This document shows positions 32,632 through 43,496 of a stretch of 64,000 nt of DNA, piece after piece. The stretch comes from Rebecca billardiae RCC1528. Its lineage: Eukaryota; Protista; Haptophyta. How positions within the stretch are numbered: the stretch's first letter is position 1; each line of letters starts with the position of its first letter. The translations under genes were made by a program, and so were the position numbers. Where the stretch lies: NCBI GenBank assembly GCA_965240325.2, contig OZ251240.1, positions 620,001-684,000 on the forward strand, in the 5' to 3' direction. The notes under the pieces are model-generated. The model made no database searches, was not told where the DNA came from, and was given only the letters and a program-made list of their open reading frames with translations.

Positions 32632-33644
32632 CTACTCAGTGCTGGAGGGCAGCCTGGGTCGGACCTCCCCCTGTGCGCGGCGATGCCGACCGGCGAGCGG
32701 CACGTCGTCGTCGTCATCCTCCGTGTCGTCCACCTCCGCCACTCGCTGCGCCGGCTGCTGCGGCTTGGCCGCGCTGAGCGCGCGCGCGGCGTCGAGCGCG
32801 TTGGCTGCGCCGAGCGTGTGCGCGCGCAGCTCGGCGAGCAGCTGCTGCCCGAGCTCGGCGTCGCGCTCGTGCGCGCGCGCGCATGCGCCCGGCATGCACG
32901 CCCCGGGCGCACCGTGCCCCCGCGCCTCGTCGGCCCCGCCCGCTCCGGCCGCCGCCGCCGCGGGCTCGGGCTCAGCCGCGGGCGCGGCCGCCGGCAGCGG
33001 GTGCACCTCCGACGGCTTGGGCCGGCGTCGCGCGGCGCTGTTGCGGGGCGCGGCGCTCTGCGCCTCGGCCGACACGTCGCTCCCGTGCAGCGCGAGCAGC
33101 GCGCGCAGCCGCTCCCACTCGCGCCCGCACGCCGCCGCCGAGCGCGCGCACCTGCGCCAGAGCGCGCGCGCCTCGCGGCCGCGGCCGAGCACGGCGGCCA
33201 TCCTGCCTCTGTACAACAGGACGGCGGGCAGCGCGCGCGGGTCGAGGTGGGCGTGGCGCGCGTGCTGCATGGCGAGCGAGGCGCAGAGCGAGCGGAGCGT
33301 CGCCACGTCCGCCTCGCCGATCTCCCCGCCGCCGCCGCTCCCTCGCGCGCTGCCGCCGTCTGCGCGCAGCGCGGCGCCGCCGCTCGGCGCGCGGCCGCGC
33401 CGGCTGCTGTTGCTGCGCGCGTGCGCCGAGCTGGTGTCCAGGGCGTCGCGCGCGCGGCGGAGAGTGGCGAGCGGCGACGTGGCGGCGGGCGAGGGCGGCC
33501 GCGCGGCGTCCGCGCGCTCCCCGCCGCGCTCCCCGCCGCGCGACCACCAGGCCGCGCCCGGCCAGAGCGCTGCGCCGCCGCGCCGCACCGCGGCCGGTGC
33601 AAAGACAAGCGCGCCGCCGCCGCCGCCGCCGCCGCCGCTGGCGC

Positions 33645-33680
<36 letters not shown>

Positions 33681-36600
33681 GCGTCTCCTCGTGCTGCTCG
33701 AGCACCGACGCGCCCAGGTCGAGGAGCACGCCCACCCACTCGCGGCGCCACGTCTCCTGCATCGCCGTCGCCGACGCGGCCGCGGCCGCCGGGCCCCCCA
33801 GGCTGAGCGGCGGCTGCGGCGGCGGCGGCGGCTGCAGCGGCGGCGGCGGCGGCTCTGCGGCGCGCGCGCCGGCGAGACTGGCGCGCGCCGTGCCCCACAG
33901 CCAGCGCGCCGGCTCGGCGCGCGCGTGCGACCCGGCGCGCGCGGCGAGCCCCAGGCACGCCAGCAACGCCTGCACCCGCCCCCCGTGCGTGCGCGCGGCC
34001 GCGAGCGCCCGCAGCGCCTGAGCCTCAGTGCCCGTGGCCACACCTCCCAGCTGCGTCGCGGCGCTGAGCGCGCGCCGGCTCACGGCCCATGACGTTGGGC
34101 CGACGGCGCGGACGGCGCGGGCGCGGCGCGCCGCCGCGCGCGCGGCGGCGCCGCCGAGCTCGGCGGGCTTGGCGCCGCCGACGCCGCCGCGCTCGGCGGC
34201 GCCGCCGTCCGCGCCGTCCGCGCCCGCGCCGTCCGCGCCCGCGCCGTCCGCGCCCGCGCCGTCCGCGCCCGCGCCGTCCGCGCCGCAGAGAGCGAGTGTT
34301 AGCCGCGCCTCGCGCGCGCGCAGCAGGAGCAGGGCGCGCACCACGCGCGCCTCGGCGATGCGCGCGGCGAGCGCGGGCTCCGCCGCGCTCGCCTCCGCGC
34401 CGCCGCCCGCGCCGCCCATCCCCTCGAGCTGCGCGCACGCCGCAGCGCACTCGGCCGCGCGCCCCTGCCCAAGCGCGATCCATGCCGTGCGCGCGAGCGC
34501 GTGCGCGCGCGTCGCCATCTCCGCCGCGGCGCGCGCCGCGCGCTCGGCGCGCGCATACAGCGAGGCCGCGGCGCGCGCGGCCGCGGCGCTGCCGTCCGTG
34601 CGCACCACGCAGTCCGCGAGCGCGCACAGGCTCGGCGCGCCGCGCCACGGCTCGGCGTCCTGCGCGGCGGCGAGGCGGCGGCGAGGCGGCGCGCGCGAGC
34701 GCGCGGCGGCGCGCGCGGCGCGGCCGTGCCGAGGGCGGCGGCGGCGGCGGCGGCGGCGGCGGAGGGGCCGGATGCGCAGGGTCAGCGCGCGTGGCGGGCG
34801 CGGGCGCCGCGCGGGGCTCGGGGGGGCGCGCCGCGCGCGCGCGCATCCGAGTGTCGCCCGCGCGCAGTGCCCGCGGCGCGCGCGTCCCAGCGCGCCTCGG
34901 CCGCACGCGCACACACGGCACACGCGCACACACGGCACAGGCGCGCCCGCGCGCATGCCGTGTGCGCGTGCGTGCCTGTGCCGAGTGCGCGCCCCGAGCG
35001 CAGGCGCACAGCGCGTGCGCACAGCGCATGCGCACGCACCTGCTCCCACCGCCCGGCGACCTTGAGGCCGAGCTGCGCCGTCTGCACCGTCAGCGCCCAC
35101 CGGCGCAGCGGTGAGTCCACCAGCGCGCCCGCCAGCTCAGCGAGGCTGTCGGAGGCCACGCGCGCGTCCGCCGCAAAGTCGGTGCGCAGCAGGGCGCACC
35201 GCAGCTCGAGTGCGCGCAGGCACGCGTGCAGCGCGCGCGCCCAGTCGCCCGCGCGGTGCGCGCACGCCGCGCACGCGCGGTACGCCTCGATCGCCTGCGC
35301 CGTCGAGTGGCGCTGCGCGGCGGAGGGCGTGGAGTCGTGCACGCGCAGCGCGGCCTGCGCGCGCCGCGCGCGCGCAGGCGCGGGCGCGGGTGGTCGCGCG
35401 CGTCAGGCGCACTGGCGCGCGGCGCGTGGCGCGTGGCGGCGGCGCCCGACCGCCGTGGCGGCGGCGCGGCGGCGGCGGCGGCGGCGGCGCGCGGCGCGCG
35501 CACCAGCGCGTGCCGCTCGGCGCCGCTGGCCATCTGTCGGTGCAGCTGCGCGCCCACGTCGAGCGCCAGCCTGGCCAGCTGCGGCGGCGAGCGCGGCAGC
35601 AGCTCCAGAGGCGGGTGGCCCGAGAGGGCGAGCGCGTGCTCGAGGTGGGCGATGCCGGCGCCGTGCTCGCCGACGCCCAGGGAGGCGATGCCGAGGCCGT
35701 GCAGCGCGCGCACGCGCGCGCGCGCGAGCTCGCGCCCTTGCTCCGCGCCGGGGCTTGTTGGGCTCGGCGGGAGGCGCGGCGCGGAGGCGGCGCGCGCGCG
35801 GAGCGGCGCGCGCGCGCCGCCGGCCGCGCCCCGCCCGCCCGTCGCCGTCCGCGGCAGCGCGCCGTGCCGGCTGCCGAGCGGTCCGGCCGCCCAGCCGCGC
35901 GCGCCGGCCGCGGCGCGCGCCGCGGGCTGGGCGCCGCCCGTGTCGCTGCCCGTGCTCGAGATCGTGCCCGAGATCGAGCGCGGCGTGAGGGAGGGCACGC
36001 GCGTGGGCGACGGCGCGCGCTTCGGCGACGCGCCCGGCCGCCAGGGCAGCTGCAGCCCGCGCCACGCGTGCGAGGAGCCGAGGGCAGGAGCGGGCGGCGG
36101 CGCGCCCAGGTCGGCGCCCGCGCCGGCGGCGCCGCCTCCGCCGTCCAGCAGAGCCGCCGCCACCTCCGCCTGCTCCAGCGCCGCCTCGAGCAGCGCCTTC
36201 GCCTCCGCGCACGCGCCGCGCGCAAGCGAGTGCTCACCCGCCAGCAGCAAGTAATGCCCAGCCGCCTCCGGGCTGTCCGCGTGCGCATAGTGCACGCCGA
36301 TGAGCGCGTACGAAGCGTCCGTCGCGCGGTACGAGGTGGCGAGCACGTTGGCAGCAGCCGCGTGCATCACGCGCCGCTGCGCGCGCGTGAGCAGCGAGTA
36401 GCACACGAGCCGCACCGCGCGCGCGGGGAAGTAGTAGTCCGAGTCCACGGAGTCTGCGCCGTCGCCGCCGTCTGCGCCGAGACCGCCGCCGTGCTCGGCG
36501 GGCGCGCACGCGGCCAGGAAGCCCAGGGCGACCAAGGTGTCCAGGTCGCGCGCCACGCTCGCATCCGGGTCGTCCCCGACGTCGTCCGCGTCCGCGTCGG

Positions 36601-39137
36601 CGTCGGAGGCGTGGTGCGCGAGCTGGGCCTCGCCGCGCTCCGCGCCGCCGCCGTCGGCGCCGCGCCGCCGCCTCGCCGCGCCCGCCGCGCCGCCCTGCCC
36701 GCCGCCGCCGCCGAGCGAGGACGCCGGGCACATGGCGGCCACGACGTCGGCGGAGAAGGTCTCGCCCAGCACCGCGGCCGCCTTGAGAAGCATGCGGTGC
36801 CGCGGCGAGAGTCGGTCGATGCGCGCGGCGGTCATCGAGCGCATCAGCGCCGAGATTGTATCTGAAAGCAGCTCGGAGAGCGACGGGTCGGCCGCGTGCG
36901 CGCCGCCGCCCGCGCGCGCGGCCGCGGCGGCCGCCGCCGCCGCGCCGACCGCCGTGCCCGCGCGCGGCGGCGCCGCGCCGAGCGCCGCGCCGCCGCTCGC
37001 CTGCAGCCGCACAAGCCGGCCGAGCGCGCCGGCGTAGCTGCCGCCCGCGCCCGCGCCGAGCCCGCCGCCGAGCTGCACGTCGGGCGCGGAGCCGCTGCTC
37101 CCGGCGCGCAGCACGCGCGGCGGCTGGCCCCCGTCGAGCGAGCCCGCGCGCTCGGCGGCGAGGGCAGGCGTGCCGCCGCCGCCGCCGCTGCGGCGGCCGT
37201 CTGGCGAGCCGCCGTCGGCGTGTGCCGGCGCGGCGGGCGGCTCGTCGTTCGCCGGGCCGCACAGAATCGCCACCTCCTCCGCTATCTGCAGCACCACCAT
37301 CGCGTTGCCGCCCGCCACGGCGTCCATGTCGCGCGCCGCCGCCTCGAGCACGCGCGCCACTGCGCTCGGCGGCGGCGCGGCGCCGCCGCCCGCCGCCGCA
37401 CACGCCGCAGCCGCCGCCGCCTTTGGAGCGGGCGGCCGTGTGTGGCCCGCCAGCCCCGCCCAGCCCGCCCCGGGCTCGTCCGAGCCCGGCCCGTCGCCGC
37501 CGCCGCCGCCGCCGCCGTCGGGCGCGAGCACGCCGTCCGCGCTGCCTACGCTGAGCTCGCTGCCGTGGCGGCTGAACGCCGCCGCGCTCCGCCGCCCGCC
37601 GCCGCCGCCGCCGCCCGCTGACGAGCGGCCCGCCACAGAGGCGCGCCCGCCGCCGCCGCCGCCGTCGGGCCCGGGGCCAGCGCTCGAGTCGCGCGAGCGC
37701 GCCGGCCGCGGCGCGAGCAGACGCTCAAGCCCAAGTGCGCGCCTGCGCTCCTCCGGCACGCGCGCGCACACCGCGGCGCGCAGCAGCTCGAGAGCGTCGG
37801 CGTGGCCGAGCGGCCGCAGCGTGAGCGTGTGCGCGTGCAGCCGGCGGCGGATCGCGCGCAGCCGGTCGTGGTGCACGTGTCCCGCGCCGATCGGGCGCGC
37901 GCCGATAACGAGGCGCAGCGCGCCCGCCGCGCCCGCCGCCGCCGACGGCGACGCTCCCGCGGAGCTCGTCGGCGCCGCGCCGCCGCGCGCGCTCCGCACC
38001 GCGCCCAGCACTCGGAAGGTGGCGGTGTCGAGCTGGTGCGCGTCATCCACCAGCAGCAGCAGGGAGCCTGAGGTGCGCAGCGCGGCCGCCTCGATCACCG
38101 CGACGATGAGCTCGTGCAGCGCGAGCTGGCGCGCGGCAGGGGAGAGTGCGCGCGTCTCGGCGCGCTCGGGGATGGGCAGCGACAGGAGCGCGCCGAGCAG
38201 GGAGGCGTGCGCGAGCAACGACGGCCGCCGCGCAAACAGACTCGCCGCGCCCGCAGCGCCGCGCGCCGACGCGTCCGCCCACGCGCGCGCGCCGGGCGCG
38301 AGCGTGCGCGCGGGCGGCGCGGATGAGGCGGCCGCGCCGAGGCCGGACTCCTCCAGCCCCAGCCCCAGCCCCAGCGCCAGCCCCGCCGTCGGCGGCGCGC
38401 CGTCATCCGAGCCCGCGGCGGCGGGCGCGTGCTCCGCCGCACCGCCGCCGTCCGCCCGCTCCGAGTTGGCGGGCGAGCACACGTGCCTCGGCGTGAGCCG
38501 CGCGCCGCTCCGGTGTCGGCCGAGCGAGCCAGCGCTGCGTTCCCACGCGCCGTCCGCGCCGCCGCCGCCGCCGCCGTCTGCGCCGCCGCCGCCGCCACCG
38601 CCACGGCCGCCGTCGCCCTCGTCGGCGTCGCAGTAGCTGCTCACGGAGATGCGAGGCGAGTCGTCAGCGGACGCACCGCCGCCGAGGCCGAGCAGGGCGG
38701 ACCCATCGTGCGGGCGCGCGCCGCCCGAGCCGGCCGCGCCGCCGCCGCCGGCCTGCCCGGGCCACTGCTGCTTCGCGTCGGTGGGGAGGCGGATGAGCGG
38801 CGAGGTGCGCTCGAAGGTGATGATGCGCGGCTGCAGCACCGACATGCCCGACATCGAGTGCGACCGGCGCTTCGTGCGCCGCCGCTCGCCGCCCGCGCTG
38901 CCACCCGCGCCGCCGCTCGCGCCCGCCGCAGCGGGCGGTGCGGAGGAGGCGCCATCGCCCTCCGACGGGGCTTCGAGCGGCGGGCGCTCACGCTGCGCGA
39001 AGGAGCCGCTGGCCGAGGCTGCAAAGTCGCCACCGTGGCTCTCGCCCTCGCCGCCCTCGCTGCCCTCCATGCCCTCGCCGCCGAGCGCGGGTGCGGCGTG
39101 CATGCCGGCCTGGCGCGCCGCAGCGCCGCCCGCCGCC

Positions 39138-39173
<36 letters not shown>

Positions 39174-41247
39174 TACGGCGCGCCGCGCGACACCTCGCTG
39201 CGCCGCCTGCCCGCGTCCTGCTGCTTGCGGTGCGCCAGCCGCAGCAGGTCCGCGTACGTGTCCGCCATCGCGCTCAGCTGCAGCAGCTGCTTCGCGATCA
39301 GCCGCGCGCCATGGAACGGCGTGGCGTGGAAGCTCGGGTGCGCGCGCACAAGCACGGTGGTCGCGCTGAGGCTCTCGCGCGCGGCGCGGCCGCAGTGGGC
39401 GAGGATGGCGGACTTGCCCGTGCCGGCCTCGCCGAGGACGAGGAGCGCGCTCGCCTCGACGCCGGGTCGCTCGGCGCCCTCCCCGCCCGCCGCGCCGCGC
39501 GGCACGCCGCCCGACGGCGCGCCCACCCGCTGCGCCAGCCACCAGCGCACCGACACCATCTCCGCCTCTCGGCCAATCAGAGGGAGCGCGGGCGCGCCGC
39601 TCGCCGCCGACGCGGCTGCCGGCGCCTCGAGGCGGAGCTCGTCGTGCTCGAGGCGGAAGCTGGGCGTGTGCGCGTGGAAGAGGCCGTCGATTCCCTTCAG
39701 GCTCAGCGCCGTCGTCTCCGGCCGGAAGCGCACGCGCTCGCGCGCCAGCCGCTGCGTGTCACGGTCCACGAGCACCCCAACGTGGGAGGCTGGCTGCGCC
39801 GCCGCCGCGCACATCAGCCGGGCGGAGAGGTTGACAGTTGGCCCGTTGCACGTGAACTCGCAGCGCTGCTTGCCGCCCACGGGGCCGCAGAACACGTCGC
39901 CCGTCGTGATCCCGATCGACGCGCGCAGCTGCCTCGCGCCGCGGCCGAGCTCGAGCTCGGCGCCGCCGGGCGACGCGCCGGCCGCCGCCGCCGAGCCGTC
40001 GGCGGAGGCGGCCGGCGCGGCCGGCGCCGGCCTGAGCATCGACGAAGCGAGGCGCAGCCGGCCGACGTGCTGCTGCAGCGTGAGCGCGGCCTCGACGGCG
40101 CGGCAGGCGTCGTCGCCCTGCCGCACGAGCCCGAACGCGCAGAGGAAGTGCGTCCCCTTGTCGTCGCAGATCATGCGCAGCACCGCTCCCTTGAAGAAGA
40201 GCACCACCCTCTGCACGCAGCTCACGAGCGACTGCAGCGATTCAAACGCGCCGCGCGCCGGCTTCGCCATGAAGTCGAGGCGCGAGGGCAGCTTGACGAA
40301 CATGACGGAGAGCGTCTGGAACTCGGCGAGCCACTCGGACGGTAGCCCCGCGTCCACGCGCTGGCTCACGATCGGGCAGACCAGCGAGGCCAGCGCCGTC
40401 TCGCCGCGGTCCGCGAGCCGCGTGTGCGTCGCGAGCAGCAGCGCGCGACGCGCGGCACTCGGCAGCTGCTCCTGCTCCCGCGGTGCCCGCTGCGCCGCCG
40501 CCGCCATGCCTGCGGCGTCGTGCGCGTCCGCCTCGCTCGCGCCGCGCTCGTCGTCGCCGACGCCGCTCGCGCGGCTGGTCGCACGCTCCGCGCCCGCGCC
40601 CGCCGTCTGCAGCGGCCACTGCCGGCGCTCATTGCGCCGCAGCGCCGCGCGCCACCGCGCCGCCGCCGGAGGCGTGACACGCGAGAGCAGTGTGGGCAGG
40701 TGGCGCGCGGGCGAGGAGCTTGCCTCTCCGCCGCTGCCGCCCCAGCCGGGGCCAGCGCCGCCGCCCGAGTCGACGCTGCCGGCCGACGCACGTTCCGCCG
40801 CCTGCCCGCCCCTCGCGCCGCTGCCGCCGCCGCCGCCGCCGCCCGATTCGGCCGCGGCGCCGGCGTCTCCCTCCCACTGGCGCGAGATCTCGAGTAGCTC
40901 GCGGCAGCCGTCCGACTCGGCGGTGGGCGCGCCGAGCCGCGCCTGCCGCCAGCCGCCGACCACGCGCGCCACCGCCCTCGACACGAACACGTGGCCGGCG
41001 CTCGTGGCAGCCATCGCCCTGTTCATCTCGTCGAGCGCATCTCCCGCAATCACGTCCAGATACTGCGAGGAGTTGCCGCCGAGCACAAAGAGACGGGCGG
41101 CGCCGAGGCCCACGCCGGCGTGCAGACGCAGCGAGTGGCCGGCGATCGCCTCGTGCCGGTCGAACGAGGCCATCAGCAGGCTGAGGCAGCGGAGTGCCGT
41201 GTGCACCGTGCGCGCGTTGTTGGCGGCGGCGGCTGCCGAGCCGCGCG

Positions 41248-41278
<31 letters not shown>

Positions 41279-43078
41279 AGCGCTCGCGCGGCCGTCGGCC
41301 GCCGCGCCCGCGCGCGCCGCTGGCGAGCCGGCGCCGGCGCTGAACCGCCCGCGCGCGGCCGGCGAAGCGCCGGCGCTCGCGCCGCCGCCGATGCCGCCGC
41401 TCTCCAGCCGCCACACCACGATCATCGCGTCCCCCGCGAACTTGGAGATGTCGCCGCCGTGCGCGTCGATCATGTCGACAATGTGCCCAAAGTATTGCGA
41501 GAGCGCATCTGAGAGCACCTCCGCGCCCGACGCGCCGTGCGTGTGCGCGAGCGCGGTGGTGAGCTTGGTGAAGCCCGAGACGTCGACCATCGCGACGACC
41601 GCGCGGATCTCGCGCACCATGCACCGCTCCGCGCCCGCCTCCGCCTCCGCCGGCGCGCTCGGCGCGCGCGCCGCCTCCTCCGCCTCGCCGCCCGCGTTCA
41701 GAAGCTCGAGCGCGCGCGGCACGCTCGTCGCGAGCGCGTGGTCGAGCGCGTACGTCGGCACGAAGCGCGCGAGGTAGGAGCAGCGCGCGCCGGCGGTGGC
41801 GAGCTGGTACGGGATGGACTTGAGCTTGGAGACGAGCCCCGGGATCCGCGCGCTCAGCGCGTCCACCGCCGACGCCTCGCAGCACAGCAGCTGCGTGTCG
41901 GCCGTGGCCAGCAGAACCGCACTCGCGCGCGCACGCCAGCCGGGCGGGATCATGGACAGCTGGCCGAAGAAGGTGCCCGGCGCGTACTGCGCGTAGAAGG
42001 AGGGCTCGGCGCTGAGCCGCACCTCGCCCGAGAGCAGGAAGTACACGAGCTCGCCGTACGCGCGCTCGGGGAACAGCGCCGCGCCGCGCACCACGCGCGC
42101 GTAGCTCAGCAGCGGCGCGAGCGCGCTCTCGAGTCCGTGCACCTCCGCCACGTCCTTGAACCCCACCCACTGCCGGGCGAGCCGCTCGATCATGGACATG
42201 CGCAGCACGCGGCGCACGCCGGGGAACTCGCGCTTCATCTCGAGGCACATCGGCCCGTCGATGCGCAGCGCGGTGCACCTGCCGCGCGCGCGCACGGCGA
42301 CGGTGTACCGGCAGTCGAACACCTCGAGCATGCACGCCTCGCCCACGATCGTGCCCGCGCCCTTCGTGCGCAGCAGCTTGGGCGGCGTGGCGAGGTCGTA
42401 GATCGCGACGAGGCCGGAGGTGACGATGTACATGCTCGTCGCCACGCCGCTCAGCGTGAGCAGGCCGTCGCCGTCCTCGAAGCCCACATTCACCGCGCAG
42501 CGCCCGAGCCACTCGGCCCACGCGCGCCGCTCCGCGTCCGGCACCGCGGTCGGTGGGAACGTCGAGTGGAGGTGGCGCTCGAGGCCGTCGGCGAGCAGCC
42601 GCGCGCGCTCGGCGGCGACGTGCGCGATCAGCTTCGCGAGCGCAGCGTCGCCTGTCTCGCCCATCAGCCCGCGCCACGCCGGCTCGTGCACGCCCACGAG
42701 CGCGATGCGCGCTTCGGTCAGCGCGGTCGCGCTCGTGCGTGCGAGCGCAGCAGAGTCGAGCGCGACGAGCGGCTCGATGCCAAACGCGCTCGCGCTCGAG
42801 CTCGCATCGACGTCTTGCACGTGATACTCCCCCAGGTGCACGCGTGCGCTGCCCGAGAGGAGCAACGCGACGTCGCGCACAGGCTGGCCCGCCGACACCA
42901 GCACGTCACCCGCGCGCACGAGACGCACGCGAATCGCGCTCGGTGCGGCGGCGTCGGGCGAGTTGGTCGCGGGCTGGGTCGCCGCGAGCCAGTTGTGCAG
43001 CGACTCGCCCAGAGGCGCGTGCTCGTCCATCACCAGCGCCGCTGGGGCCTCCAGTGGCGCGCTGACGGGCTGGCGCAT
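32632..43078 (-). CDS. Giant soluble-adenylyl-cyclase (ADCY10-like) protein: cNMP-binding domains, 2 class III cyclase domains, P-loop NTPase, TPR-like helices; introns 35355-35503 and 34660-35039
   Basis: cNMP motifs (AFGIEPL, IVGEACML, FFGQLSM). C1: VDVSGFTKL..GGDISKFAGDA. C2: DDKG..FGL..SIGITTG.VFCG.VG...RCEFT..G.TVNLSARLM. Walker A GEAGTGKS, Walker B LLVDDAHQLD, ARIDRLS...LKAAAVLGETF. Confidence 0.88.
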
Positions 43079-43496
43079 GCGCTCCGCGCGGACGAGCGTC
43101 TCTGTGGCCCCGCCGTGCAGGCCACAAACTTCGTTCGCGCCCTTCGGGGGGTCCGCTGCAGTACGAGTTAGAGTCCTGAAGAACCACCCTGCTGCTGAAC
43201 AAGTCCTGCCACTGGGTCCTACACTGGTTCCGGTACAACACCGTCTCGTCAATCTGGTGGTACCTGTTTGAGTTGAGAAGCGGGTAAAAAGACGACAGTG
43301 GGTGATGAGGAATCCACTACACAGCCTTGTTTGGGATTCGGGAATCGTTCGCATCTTCTGTCGAAACCTACCATCATCAACGAAGTCATCAGCCAATCGT
43401 AGTGCAGAAACTTGCATCAAATTGCATCGCGGTCACACGGGCGTCGAGAGTTCGAGACCGTGCTGCACGAAGCTGTCCGCGACCGTCTCCGCGACC

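Noticed and set aside
38649-41777. 1042 aa plus-strand ORF and many other long Arg/Ala/Pro-rich ORFs
   Set aside because: Antisense or alternate-frame shadows of real genes, caused by stop-codon scarcity at very high GC.
43079-43496. Overlap of the ORF-track starts of the cyclase (43420) and receptor (43302) genes
   Set aside because: The extensions lie in lower-GC non-coding-looking DNA, and the ATGs at 43078 and 43497 fit better.
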